From the sequence record PZ452610.1: 64,000 nucleotides of DNA. One strand, given 5' to 3'. The position numbers and the translations under genes are program-made. Below the pieces are notes generated by a model. It saw nothing but the letters and a program-made list of their open reading frames with translations, did no database searches and had not been told where the DNA came from. Shown piece after piece: positions 33,419 to 42,854 of the stretch (positions within the stretch are counted from its first letter, which is position 1; every line of letters starts with the position of its first letter). Source of the DNA: a phage.

Positions 33419-33564
33419 TACTCGCCTTTTAACACGTTAATAAGAGCTAAGACCGCTAAGGTACCTTGTGATACGGCCTGTTGAAATACTGTTGTTTCGC
33501 CTGTAACTAAAGTGTTAACGAATAAAAACGACCAACACAGCAATGCAATAATCCATGCTACCAT
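33418..33564 (-). CDS. small hydrophobic membrane protein, 48 aa (T4 ac-like position)
   Basis: ATG at 33562-33564 with SD GAGGT; MVAWIIALLCWSFLFVNTLV... Confidence 0.45.
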   Translation of the reverse strand: MVAWIIALLCWSFLFVNTLVTGETTVFQQAVSQGTLAVLALINVLKGE

Positions 33565-33617
33565 TTTAATTACCTCAAAAATAAATTAAAGGCCTAACTT
33601 AATAGGGCCTGTATAAA

Positions 33618-34064
33618 TTAGTAACTCTGCAGAATGAATTTGAAATTATCAGCCAGAAGACGGTTCATTTCAGTGAGTGTTTGATATTCTGATGTATGGT
33701 TGCGAGTGAATGCCAGAGCCAATTGACCTTTACCATAACCGGTGGTCAGTGGTTTCATGTTCTTAGCTGCAACAAAGATTACATCATATTCAATATTATT
33801 AGTGCCCATGGTACGGGCTAGTTGCGAACGGCCTTGACGAATGTGAGAAAGAATTGCATCCAACCCTTGTTTAGAACGTTGACGTCCTACAAAGAATCGT
33901 GCTGCTACTTGTCGCCAATCAGATGAACCTTTAACAAAGAAGTAAAAACCTTCACGAGAACGAAACTCTTTAGAAACTTCAGAACCGTATTCGCCATTAC
34001 GAACTACTGCAACAACTTCACCGCCAACTGCCAGAAGGTCTTTACGAGTTAAATATTTGGACAT
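33618..34064 (-). CDS. ndd: Ndd nucleoid disruption protein
   Basis: 148 aa; [60 protein letters not shown] as remembered for T4 Ndd. Confidence 0.75.
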   Translation of the reverse strand: MSKYLTRKDLLAVGGEVVAVVRNGEYGSEVSKEFRSREGFYFFVKGSSDWRQVAARFFVGRQRSKQGLDAILSHIRQGRSQLARTMGTNNIEYDVIFVAAKNMKPLTTGYGKGQLALAFTRNHTSEYQTLTEMNRLLADNFKFILQSY

Positions 34065-34108
34065 GCTAATTTCCTCAATTGATTAATGTTTTTGTAATCC
34101 ATGAGAGC

Positions 34109-34137
34109 ATTATACTCTGCTCTCAAGAGTTTGTACA
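34109..34137 (-). promoter_or_regulatory. T4-type early promoter (ndd)
   Basis: TGTACA -35, 17 bp, TATAAT -10; upstream of ndd start 34064. Confidence 0.5.
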
Positions 34138-34140
34138 ATT

Positions 34141-34341
34141 TTATTCGGTCATATCAGAACGTTCAAAAAGCTCTTCAACAGTTAAACATTCAGTGTCATC
34201 TTCAATAAAAAATCGAGTCCAACACGTTGGGGCGATACAGTTATGAGTTTGTCCGGCGATAGAAGCTACACGAATAAGCTGCTGACCATTATTCAGAACA
34301 AATTTTTCACCAATTTCAACATCTTTAAAAAGCTTAGCCAT
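34141..34341 (-). CDS. hypothetical protein
   Basis: 66 aa ORF with early promoter 34370-34399. Confidence 0.5.
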   Translation of the reverse strand: MAKLFKDVEIGEKFVLNNGQQLIRVASIAGQTHNCIAPTCWTRFFIEDDTECLTVEELFERSDMTE

Positions 34342-34369
34342 TTTGTGTTCCTCATGTTTCAGTAGGACT

Positions 34370-34399
34370 ACTATACCATAATCCTACCTTGTTGTAAAC
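34370..34399 (-). promoter_or_regulatory. T4-type early promoter
   Basis: GTTTAC -35, 18 bp, TATAGT -10; upstream of start 34341. Confidence 0.5.
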
Positions 34400-34591
34400 A
34401 ATTAAATTACATTAAAATATGTTAAAGCCAACCATGTTCCAGTGAACGAACATGCAATGTAAAAACCCGTATCACAAATTGATCTTAGTACAATAAGAAG
34501 TGCATTTTTCATAAGTACCTCAACACAATTGAAAATATTATACAAATCATTGGGATACTAAGCAACCATATTCCGATCCACATTTTAGAGC

Positions 34592-34855
34592 TCATATCTC
34601 AACTTCCGCGAGTTCCATATATCCTTTGTTGATAACCTCTTTAAGGTCTTTAGAAAGGATAACACTAAAATGGTCGTTCATATGTCCATTAACTAAACGA
34701 GTTATTTCGGCTTCAGATGACATATAAGGCACGTCTGAGTCCCAATGAGATAGACCCAAATGGGTATAAATCATCCCTTCGTCATCTGCAGTGTTGTACA
34801 TTGAAACAAATTCGCCTGTTACTTTATGTTTTGCGTAGAAAAATTTAAATTTCAT
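34592..34855 (-). CDS. hypothetical protein
   Basis: 87 aa ORF with early promoter 34882-34911. Confidence 0.5.
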   Translation of the reverse strand: MKFKFFYAKHKVTGEFVSMYNTADDEGMIYTHLGLSHWDSDVPYMSSEAEITRLVNGHMNDHFSVILSKDLKEVINKGYMELAEVEI

Positions 34856-34881
34856 GATGTTATCCTCTTTTAGATAGGACT

Positions 34882-34911
34882 ACTATATCATAGTCCTACT
34901 TAGTTGTAAAC
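34882..34911 (-). promoter_or_regulatory. T4-type early promoter
   Basis: GTTTAC -35, 18 bp, TATAGT -10; upstream of start 34855. Confidence 0.5.
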
Positions 34912-34923
34912 ACTTTTATGAAA

Positions 34924-35481
34924 TTAAAGATGAAGATACCACCCGTTGTAGTTGCTCTTGCGGACGATTTTCTTTAGGTCTTCATGGTCTCCCACGAACT
35001 TTATAGAATAAGAGAAGACGTCAGGTGAGGTTTCTTTGACATCTAATATAATAATGCAATCTGCGACTCGATGGTTCAAGAAGGGCCCTATGTTGATTCC
35101 GTTGCCACCTGGATAATCACCACCGTATCCTGTGGTAACCGAAATCCATTTCGAATCCATCTGATGGGTCTTTACTTCTACGCGTAGACCACAGTACTTA
35201 GGATGAGCTAAAACGTCCCATGCATACGTGTACGGGTCTTCTACGTCTTCATTACCTTTATTAACATATCCGTCTAGCCAATTTGCTACTACATACTCTG
35301 CAAAGACTGCAACCTTACAACGTCGAACAACGTCTTCTTTTATTTGACCTGGATCTTGTTTCAACGAGTACCGAGCAGTATCAGCGATCTTAACCTTCAT
35401 TTCGCTAGTCAAAAACTCATTCGACAGGATAAATGTCGGAAGACTCTTCAGCCTCAACAGTCCCAAGTTCGTCTTTACCAT
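34924..35481 (-). CDS. DenB-like protein (endonuclease IV candidate)
   Basis: track ORF starts at 35544 inside upstream gene; in-frame ATG at 35481 gives 185 aa, the T4 DenB length; T4 denB position before rIIB; no motif support. Confidence 0.4.
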   Translation of the reverse strand: MVKTNLGLLRLKSLPTFILSNEFLTSEMKVKIADTARYSLKQDPGQIKEDVVRRCKVAVFAEYVVANWLDGYVNKGNEDVEDPYTYAWDVLAHPKYCGLRVEVKTHQMDSKWISVTTGYGGDYPGGNGINIGPFLNHRVADCIIILDVKETSPDVFSYSIKFVGDHEDLKKIVRKSNYNGWYLHL

Positions 35482-35704
35482 AGATACCTCTAATGTGTAG
35501 TTCGCCAAAATAAATGCGGTCACCTTCTTCAAGATATTCTGCATCTACCGGTGGGATTTCAATAACAACTTCGTCACATTCTAACCAGCCATAGTGTGCA
35601 TCGCCAGGATGTTTTACCAATTTAGCACAATAAACTGATTTACACTTATGATGACCACGAAGATTAGCAATTTTGGATTCTGATACGTCAAATGGATGAA
35701 TCAT
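35417..35704 (-). CDS. hypothetical protein
   Basis: track start 35758 overlaps rIIB and the terminator hairpin; ATG at 35704 with SD AGGGG follows the terminator; 95 aa. Confidence 0.45.
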   Translation of the reverse strand: MIHPFDVSESKIANLRGHHKCKSVYCAKLVKHPGDAHYGWLECDEVVIEIPPVDAEYLEEGDRIYFGELHIRGIYGKDELGTVEAEESSDIYPVE

Positions 35705-35726
35705 AATTACCCCTAAAGAAAAAAAA

Positions 35727-35742
35727 GGGGACCGAAGTCCCC
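35727..35742 (-). terminator. intrinsic terminator downstream of rIIB
   Basis: GGGGAC-UUCG-GUCCCC followed by U8 on minus strand, 5 nt after rIIB stop. Confidence 0.7.
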
Positions 35743-35747
35743 AATTA

Positions 35748-36695
35748 TTATTCTGCAAATAATTCAGTAACGTCTGAAATTACTTCATAACGACAAGTAC
35801 GCATCTTAGCATCACCATAGTCAACTGGGATGGATACAACATCACGTGGATGAACTTTAACCTTCACAACTTTATCTGAGCTTGAACCAAAGTGGCGAAT
35901 ATAAGATTTAGCACAAACGTGGAGACCGCGAGAACAGGTTTGAGTATCATCGTCGTTAACTCGAGTACGAGGCATTGAAACAACTTTACCTGGGGAGTTA
36001 TCAAATGTACCACTATAGCAGTCTAAATAGTCCTTACGAACTACTTTCCATGCATAGAAATACCCATCTTCAGTGATTTCAATATCGTTTGCAACCAAGA
36101 AGTCGAATAAACGTTGTACAGCTTTTTCGCTTGGGTTTTCTAACAGGTTTTCAAGGAATGGCAGATAGAATTTAAAGTCTTCACCTTTTTCCATGGAATC
36201 AATAATACGGTTAACCAGCCCTGAACGAATCTCTATACCTTGATAAAATAAACTACCACCTTCAATAGTAACATTACCATCAACAAACTTAGTAATAGCT
36301 TTCTTGATGTTAATAAGTTCGACAGCTTTACTAAGGTTTCCTGCGACCAGATTAGCTTTAATTTCTTCAAAATTTGCATGACTTGATGGGGTCGCATTGT
36401 ATGCTACGCGTCCTTCAATAATTGAAATAAATTTAGATGACGCGTTCCATACGATTTCAGGACGATGTCCGCCGATAATAGGTTCATCATTTTCTGGAAC
36501 TTCTTCGATTACATAAGAGGCATCGTTTGCTTCAGGGACAACGCCTTCTGCTTTAAAATTCTTAACAATCTTACGAAGAGTATCTGTTGAAATGTCGAAG
36601 TAATCGGCAATTTCTTTACGAGTCCATTTGCCTGATTCAACCAGGCCGTAAGCTTCTAACTGTTCTTCTTGGGACAAGCATTTGATATTGTACAT
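35748..36695 (-). CDS. rIIB: rIIB protein
   Basis: 315 aa; strongly T4 rIIB-like (MYNIKCL..., VNDDDTQTCSRGLHVC.KSYIRHFGSS). Confidence 0.9.
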   Translation of the reverse strand: MYNIKCLSQEEQLEAYGLVESGKWTRKEIADYFDISTDTLRKIVKNFKAEGVVPEANDASYVIEEVPENDEPIIGGHRPEIVWNASSKFISIIEGRVAYNATPSSHANFEEIKANLVAGNLSKAVELINIKKAITKFVDGNVTIEGGSLFYQGIEIRSGLVNRIIDSMEKGEDFKFYLPFLENLLENPSEKAVQRLFDFLVANDIEITEDGYFYAWKVVRKDYLDCYSGTFDNSPGKVVSMPRTRVNDDDTQTCSRGLHVCAKSYIRHFGSSSDKVVKVKVHPRDVVSIPVDYGDAKMRTCRYEVISDVTELFAE

Positions 36696-36704
36696 AATGT
36701 TTCC

Positions 36705-38918
36705 TTATTTGGCTGCTTCCACAGCCTTCATGAATTTAACGATTTGAGTGACCTGTTCTTTGGAAAGAGTACCACGTCGTCCCATGTATTCTGACACAAT
36801 ATGATAATTGGTTTCAAATTCAATAACCATTTTATCATCATAATCGTAAGCATTATCTTTAAGCTTATCGAAAATTTTAGCACACAATTCTAACTTCCTG
36901 TTCAGGTCTCTGTTATCAGCACCTGCGAATCGATTCCATCCCCAACGATTATTTACTGTTGAAAGTTTTGCAAAATCTTTACTGATTTCTTTGTTCTTAG
37001 AGCTAAAATACTTACTAAGGAAGTTAAGCTCTTCATTACGAGTAATATGATTCAAATAAGGCTGTGCTCTACGACTTGGTGATACATACTCATCATAATC
37101 CACTTTATCAATTAGCGTAATATAGTCATTAATTGATTTTTCGAACAAGCATTCTACTTCACCAAGTTTACGAACTTTCTTAGCAATCTGTGGGCGAACT
37201 ACAGTGAACTCTTTAATACCTGACAAATCGGCAATACGAGTCAAGAAATTAGAATCATAATTCAACCAACCTTTATCTGCGTCAAGACATTCAGCATTAG
37301 AACGATTACGAACTATAGCATAACCTTGGATTTCATCTGCTTCACTTGCCGGAATAAAGAGATCTTCTGATACCCAAACATCATTTTCATTCTTAAAGAA
37401 CCGATGAGCACTTGGGGATTTAGGACGAGGCTCATTAGTTCGTTTCCTGACTTCAATCCATGGCTTAACGATTTGTAAAAGCTCTGAAGTCTTGTACATG
37501 TTAATGTTGTCGCCATCAAAGATAACTTTAAGGCGTTCCAGAAGTTTCATTGCATCTTCGTCTGTAGGGTCAACGAATAGTACGCTTTTACCAAAACCAC
37601 GTGGAACTTTACCAGTTAATTTAACCTCGTCTTTAGACATTTCAATTGAATTAAGAGCTCGCATTAATGGAACGCGTCCCTTAACGTCGTCAATAACAAT
37701 TTCAACGTTTTTAATGTTAATGCCAATCAGGCTGTTAATTGAAATGGTTGATGATGAGCTACCACTTTCACGAATACGACGAAGACGAGGGGATTCAACG
37801 ATATCGTATACGACGCCAAGATTACACCACTCAGGCCCCATTTTAAAACGTTTGTACAACTCAGAATAAGTTAGTTGTTCTTTAGAGTATTTCAGTGATT
37901 CAATATTAGACCCGGCCTTTTCCATGTATTTACGAGCGGTATAGCCAAGAGAATCAATTTCACGGAACACATGACGTGGGTATTTACAATCAATCCATTT
38001 CTTAGAATCTTCAGCAAACAATTTAGCATCGATTTCTGCAACGCGTTTATGGATATTTGCTACTGTACGTTTATCAAATGACAATGCTTCACGAGACGGG
38101 GCTACATCTAGTTCACCCATAGGGAATTTAATATAAGCTGTAGTGCATCGCGTCATCATCCATGTTTGTTCTTTAATAACACTTCCGATTGGATATACAA
38201 TACCGCCATAAACAGCCATGATATTACCACGTTCACCCCATGGAGCTTCCTTGGCTAAATAAACATCATCGAATTCCGGGAAGTATTTGATATCTTTAAC
38301 ACCACGAACTTCTGCAATATCGCCGAGAGGACGCATAACATAAGCAATTTCGGATGCGAACTTTTCAAAATCTTCCGGGTTAACCGGTACAACTACTTCT
38401 ACACCCGTACGGTCATCAGGACCCATCTTATCTACAAAGGTCGGCTTAATTTGTGGACCTGTGTCATCTTGGTAGATTACGTAACCACGAACTTCACCGT
38501 TGTGATAAGACGTAAGGTTAAACGTATCAGTATATGCTAATGGAGCTTTAGAACCGAGTCCGAATCCACCAATGAAATCGTTACTCGATGTTTTAGTTGA
38601 AGCAAAATATGAGTTATAAATTCCTGGCTCTTCGTCATTACCTCGAATGGTGAAATCGCTCATACCAGGTCCAAAATCACGAACTACAAAACGTGGGTCT
38701 AAACGACCTGGAGCCTGAACAATAAACTTATCAGTGCAACCGTTAAGAATTTGTCCATCGATACAGTTTGTAATTAATTCACGTACACAAGCCAATTCTT
38801 TGTTTGTATAAAGGTCATTAGACAAAATCTTATAAACTTTGCTATTGCCTTGAATAGTGAATGCTGTGCTCTTACCGCCTGAACCAATAATCGTTTCTTT
38901 AGCCGTTTCAATAATCAT
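36705..38918 (-). CDS. rIIA: rIIA protein
   Basis: 737 aa; position adjacent to rIIB; GHKL-ATPase-like N-terminus. Confidence 0.9.
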   Translation of the reverse strand: MIIETAKETIIGSGGKSTAFTIQGNSKVYKILSNDLYTNKELACVRELITNCIDGQILNGCTDKFIVQAPGRLDPRFVVRDFGPGMSDFTIRGNDEEPGIYNSYFASTKTSSNDFIGGFGLGSKAPLAYTDTFNLTSYHNGEVRGYVIYQDDTGPQIKPTFVDKMGPDDRTGVEVVVPVNPEDFEKFASEIAYVMRPLGDIAEVRGVKDIKYFPEFDDVYLAKEAPWGERGNIMAVYGGIVYPIGSVIKEQTWMMTRCTTAYIKFPMGELDVAPSREALSFDKRTVANIHKRVAEIDAKLFAEDSKKWIDCKYPRHVFREIDSLGYTARKYMEKAGSNIESLKYSKEQLTYSELYKRFKMGPEWCNLGVVYDIVESPRLRRIRESGSSSSTISINSLIGINIKNVEIVIDDVKGRVPLMRALNSIEMSKDEVKLTGKVPRGFGKSVLFVDPTDEDAMKLLERLKVIFDGDNINMYKTSELLQIVKPWIEVRKRTNEPRPKSPSAHRFFKNENDVWVSEDLFIPASEADEIQGYAIVRNRSNAECLDADKGWLNYDSNFLTRIADLSGIKEFTVVRPQIAKKVRKLGEVECLFEKSINDYITLIDKVDYDEYVSPSRRAQPYLNHITRNEELNFLSKYFSSKNKEISKDFAKLSTVNNRWGWNRFAGADNRDLNRKLELCAKIFDKLKDNAYDYDDKMVIEFETNYHIVSEYMGRRGTLSKEQVTQIVKFMKAVEAAK

Positions 38919-38930
38919 ATTTTTCTCTCA

Positions 38931-39131
38931 TCACAAGTTACGTTTAAAAATTTCTGCTACTTCAAGAAGTTCTTCTTTAGTAGCTGTATCGGTTTGTATT
39001 TTATATCGAATTTCTTTAAAGCGTTCTTTAAAGGACTCTGCTGACTCGATATCAAAAAATCTTTGGATAAGCCGGAATTCCCGGAGCACTGCTTTATCAA
39101 AAAGTTCCAAGTCCACGTTATATGTTCTCAT
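38931..39131 (-). CDS. hypothetical protein
   Basis: 66 aa ORF downstream of the long inverted repeat. Confidence 0.5.
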   Translation of the reverse strand: MRTYNVDLELFDKAVLREFRLIQRFFDIESAESFKERFKEIRYKIQTDTATKEELLEVAEIFKRNL

Positions 39132-39156
39132 AATATTCTCTTCAGTAGATTCCTAG

Positions 39157-39207
39157 GGCACTATTACTAAAGACCATATAATCTATCATCTTATGTGTAA
39201 TAGTGCC
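39157..39207. repeat. perfect 11-bp inverted repeat with 29-nt spacer
   Basis: ggcactattac ... gtaatagtgcc, between glycosyltransferase stop (39224) and 66-aa ORF start (39131). Confidence 0.8.
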
Positions 39208-39223
39208 TCAGGCGATTCAGGAT

Positions 39224-40324
39224 TTACGCTGTGAAGATTTTATCCCACATCGCAACAACTGCATCTCGGTTATACTTCTTCCATACTGCTTCAGCACGTT
39301 TAACTCGAGCTTCGTATGTGTCAGTGAATTCTAATACAGCTTTTGTGTAAAGCGCAACTACTTCTTTCTTAGGAGTAGAGGAATCAATTTCTACACGCAC
39401 AGTATCTGGGTCGTATTCGAATGTCGCATGAGGATAATCCTTAAAAACTAACTGGATTACAGGGACACCTTTAGAGATGGCTTCAATAGAACTATTCTCT
39501 ACCGTACCTGTGTCAGGACACGTATTAATAAGTGCTTTAGCTGTTTTAAGACGTTCCATAATTTCACTGTGTGGAGCATCAATAATAACAGGATATTTAG
39601 CTGGTGGTGCCCATTTACTAGGACAGTATCCTGCACCATTTTCGCCTAGTGCTTTAATCGCTTCAAGAGCAACATCAGTACGACGCATTTTAGTGTCATA
39701 ACGTTGTGCACTAATAATCAGATCAGTCGCCGGAAGAACTTCAGGTTTCTCATTCAAACAAATAACCGGATAATCTTCGGCTTCAAACAACGGATTTGCT
39801 CGCCAATAATCATAATCAATTTTGTCAGTCAGACCTGAAGTCATATAACAATATTTACGTTCAAATTCACGGAAGGCTTTAGTAGGAGCATAACTCTTAC
39901 CACCATTCTTATGAATTTGAATAGTCTGGTCCCAAATTTGAACAATGCCACGAGATACCGGTTCAAACGGTGTTGCCATAAAATTCTTATGAACTTTAGA
40001 GAGACCTGCGTCTTTAATTGCCTGAACGGTTAGTTTAGTCGGTTCCATAGTAACAACGAAATCGTATTCATGGATGCCGGCTAGTTCAACAATCTTACGA
40101 GCCATAGTATAACTCATACCTAGACTGAATTTAGTCAGATGACCAACAGGATGATGATTAACCTTCCAATCACCAAATGTGTCATTATCAAAACCAATAT
40201 AATCAATATCGGCACCGATAGAAACTAAATATTTCAACACATTTAAATGTACTGCTTCAAGACCACCTTGTACACGGTCAGGATTAAATGGGACTGCACG
40301 AGATGGGATAAACATAACTTTCAT
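39224..40324 (-). CDS. glycosyltransferase, GT-B-like (candidate DNA sugar transferase)
   Basis: 366 aa; C-terminal TGTVENSSIEAISKGVPVIQ resembles the nucleotide-sugar binding motif of GT-B enzymes; sits between rIIA and gene 39. Confidence 0.45.
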   Translation of the reverse strand: MKVMFIPSRAVPFNPDRVQGGLEAVHLNVLKYLVSIGADIDYIGFDNDTFGDWKVNHHPVGHLTKFSLGMSYTMARKIVELAGIHEYDFVVTMEPTKLTVQAIKDAGLSKVHKNFMATPFEPVSRGIVQIWDQTIQIHKNGGKSYAPTKAFREFERKYCYMTSGLTDKIDYDYWRANPLFEAEDYPVICLNEKPEVLPATDLIISAQRYDTKMRRTDVALEAIKALGENGAGYCPSKWAPPAKYPVIIDAPHSEIMERLKTAKALINTCPDTGTVENSSIEAISKGVPVIQLVFKDYPHATFEYDPDTVRVEIDSSTPKKEVVALYTKAVLEFTDTYEARVKRAEAVWKKYNRDAVVAMWDKIFTA

Positions 40325-40351
40325 AATTAAGCCTTATTAAAATTAAAATGA

Positions 40352-40367
40352 AGCTCCCAAAGGAGCT
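40352..40367 (-). terminator. hairpin overlapping gene 39 stop (possible attenuator)
   Basis: AGCUCC-UUUG-GGAGCU followed by U-rich UCAUUUUAAUUUUAAU, then SD of glycosyltransferase gene. Confidence 0.3.
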
Positions 40368-42184
40368 TAGGACATCCATTCTTTACGAAGTTCTGAATCA
40401 TCACCCAACAACATTTCAAAGAGTTCTTTCCAATTTTCAGGAAGTTTAACTACGTCGTACACAGGGTTCTGAATCATTTCACGATATTCTGACTTTTCAA
40501 GGGAGCCTAATCCCTTGATGTATCGAATACTATGCTTAGGCAGTGTATCTTTAACTTCTTCATACTCAGCTACAGTATAAAACCATTTTTGAGCTTTGCC
40601 AATTTGTGCAATAATTACAGGCGTTTTAACAAAGCGAATACGTCCTTGTTCAAACAATTCAGGCCAATTACTAAAGAAAGCAAGCAAAGCCGGATAGATA
40701 CTTCCAAGACCGTCGTGATCTGCATCAGTCATAATTGCAATATTACGATAGTTCGTATTCTCTGCCTTTTCACCAAGAATAAGACCTGTGATAGCACAGA
40801 TATCAAAGAGCTCTTTGTTCTTCATCATATCAGCATATGACATACCCCAGCTATTCATCACCTTACCACGTAATGGGAATCCGCCGTGTAGTTCACGGTC
40901 ACGAACATCAATGAGATAACCAATTGCAGAATCACCTTCTGTTAAGAACAATGTCGTATCTGCATCTTTACCACATTGGTTAGCTTTAATATGCTTATGA
41001 ACCTTAGCTTTAGTTGCCTTTTTAGCTGCTTTAGTTTCTGCAGCCTTTTCTGCTGCCAATTTACGAGCTAATGCTGCTTCAACAATAGGCATAATCAAGG
41101 CTTCGTTTTTAAGAAGTGCCTGAGCAATTTTCTTAGCATCTAATTGGATATGATTACGAATATCACCATACGTTGACGTTAAACGTTCTTTAGTCTGAGA
41201 ATCAAAACGCATGTTGCTCATGTCTCTAATAAACATCAACATTGTGAGGCATTCTTTAACACGAGCTTTAGTGACTTCAATACCCTTATATTTCTTTTTA
41301 ATACCCGGCAAAAGATGTTCGCAGATATCGTCCATTACACATTCAACATGATGACCACCATTTTTAGTATGGATGTTATTCACATAAGTTAAATGACGGA
41401 AGCCATCTGGTGATGTTGTGAATGCTATAGAGACTTTATCATTTTCTTGAATGATGTTATCTTCACCAAATTGTTTAGCAAATCGTTTAAAATTACCATC
41501 AACCTTTTTACCATTAAATGTGAACTTGATATCAGGATAAACGACTGCCAATGTTTGAAGTCGGTCTAAAGTAATATCTAAATAAATTTGAGATAAATTA
41601 TGCTCTTCAAATGAAGAGAAATCAGGAGTGAAGATTACTTTAGTGCCTTTACCTTTAGATTTCTTAGAAGACCATGATTTGTTTTCCATTCCGTTTGAAC
41701 AGTTAACAGTGATTTCATTTTCGCCATCTGACGTGATGCCTGTAAACAACGTAGAGAAGATATTAGTTAAACTACTCCCGACGCCGTTCATACCACCAGT
41801 CTTGCGTTCAGAATCATCGCCAAAGTTACCACCAGCTTTTGGAATAGTCCAGGCTGCTACAGGCCCAGGAATTTGTTCACCTGTTTGGTCGGTAACTAAA
41901 CCTTGAGGAATACCACGTCCGTTATCTTCCACCGAAACTTGATTATTTTTAATTTGCACATCAATTTTATTTGCAAACTTAAATGATGTACGAATAGCTT
42001 CATCAACCGAGTTGTCAATAATCTCATCGATTAATTTAACCAGACCAGGAACATATTCAACTTGTTGATATTTACCAAACAAAAAACGCTCGTGGGCTTC
42101 TTTGGCCGAAGAACCAATATACATGCCACTACGTTTCTTAATATGTTCTACATCTGACAGTACCTTAATTTCATTTTTAATCAT
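40367..42184 (-). CDS. 39: DNA topoisomerase II large subunit (GyrB-like), single fused 39+60 polypeptide
   Basis: 605 aa; GHKL ATPase and toprim motifs; length equals T4 gp39 plus gp60, no gene 60 split or bypass. Confidence 0.9.
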   Translation of the reverse strand: MIKNEIKVLSDVEHIKKRSGMYIGSSAKEAHERFLFGKYQQVEYVPGLVKLIDEIIDNSVDEAIRTSFKFANKIDVQIKNNQVSVEDNGRGIPQGLVTDQTGEQIPGPVAAWTIPKAGGNFGDDSERKTGGMNGVGSSLTNIFSTLFTGITSDGENEITVNCSNGMENKSWSSKKSKGKGTKVIFTPDFSSFEEHNLSQIYLDITLDRLQTLAVVYPDIKFTFNGKKVDGNFKRFAKQFGEDNIIQENDKVSIAFTTSPDGFRHLTYVNNIHTKNGGHHVECVMDDICEHLLPGIKKKYKGIEVTKARVKECLTMLMFIRDMSNMRFDSQTKERLTSTYGDIRNHIQLDAKKIAQALLKNEALIMPIVEAALARKLAAEKAAETKAAKKATKAKVHKHIKANQCGKDADTTLFLTEGDSAIGYLIDVRDRELHGGFPLRGKVMNSWGMSYADMMKNKELFDICAITGLILGEKAENTNYRNIAIMTDADHDGLGSIYPALLAFFSNWPELFEQGRIRFVKTPVIIAQIGKAQKWFYTVAEYEEVKDTLPKHSIRYIKGLGSLEKSEYREMIQNPVYDVVKLPENWKELFEMLLGDDSELRKEWMS

Positions 42185-42206
42185 GTTGTCTCCTCGTTAT
42201 GAAGGT

Positions 42207-42233
42207 ATTCTATCATCCGAAATCTAAAGCAAA
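42207..42233 (-). promoter_or_regulatory. candidate MotA-dependent middle promoter (gene 39)
   Basis: minus strand TTTGCTTTA (perfect MotA box) + 12 bp + TAGAAT; about 20 nt upstream of gene 39 ATG. Confidence 0.5.
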
Positions 42234-42235
42234 AA

Positions 42236-42247
42236 GGGCCGAAGCCC
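42236..42247 (-). terminator. intrinsic terminator before gene 39
   Basis: GGGC-UUCG-GCCC followed by UUUUUGCUUU; 1 nt after stop of 42248-42670; U-run overlaps MotA box. Confidence 0.55.
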
Positions 42248-42670
42248 TTATTTAAATTTAATTTTCTGAAGTGCATCAATTGCAGCCAAACGCCCTTGTT
42301 CACTTTTAACTGTAATGACCACATCACCTGATACGATCACCGAACCATCAACAAATTCTATAGAGCCTTTTTTGAAATCGACAGCTGTATCTGGTTCCGG
42401 AACTTCTTCAAAGAATTTAAATTCTGCACCATAAATCAGAATATCACCTTGCATACTAATGATTGTACGTCCAGGTCCATCGGTTTCAGCGGCAATCATT
42501 GAAACACCGTAGCCAATCATCTCTTCTACAATAAAATCTCTTGATAATAAAACCGTATGCAGAGTAGTGTTAAGACGTTTACCAGTCGTATTAAGAATTC
42601 TCAAGAAATTATCTTCCTGTCCTTTGATAATACGATATTTCTTACCAACTTCAAAACCTTTAAAAGCCAT
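42248..42670 (-). CDS. hypothetical protein
   Basis: 140 aa ORF downstream of 42855-43283 block; followed by UUCG hairpin terminator. Confidence 0.45.
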   Translation of the reverse strand: MAFKGFEVGKKYRIIKGQEDNFLRILNTTGKRLNTTLHTVLLSRDFIVEEMIGYGVSMIAAETDGPGRTIISMQGDILIYGAEFKFFEEVPEPDTAVDFKKGSIEFVDGSVIVSGDVVITVKSEQGRLAAIDALQKIKFK

Positions 42671-42672
42671 AA

Positions 42673-42852
42673 TTAACCCTTCTTAAGTAAGTCGTAAAAA
42701 CCACCGTTCACATGTTTAGGAGCAGAAACCCGACGAGTAGACAGACGATGACATTCAGGGCAAACATCGTTTTCTCGTTCAGAAATCCTTTTAATTTTTT
42801 CATATTCATGACCACAATCTTCAGATTGACATTTATAATCGTATAACGGCAT
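42673..42852 (-). CDS. zinc-ribbon protein, 59 aa
   Basis: ATG 42850-42852 with SD AAGGAA; MPLYDYKCQSEDCGHEYEKIKRISERENDVCPECHRL... (CxxC...CxxC); under 60 aa so absent from track. Confidence 0.5.
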   Translation of the reverse strand: MPLYDYKCQSEDCGHEYEKIKRISERENDVCPECHRLSTRRVSAPKHVNGGFYDLLKKG

Positions 42853-42854
42853 TA

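Noticed and set aside
33570-33617. AGGCCT-containing hairpin-like sequence and TATAAATT near the ndd 3' end
   Set aside because: Stem is imperfect and the late-promoter-like octamer deviates from TATAAATA; not supported.
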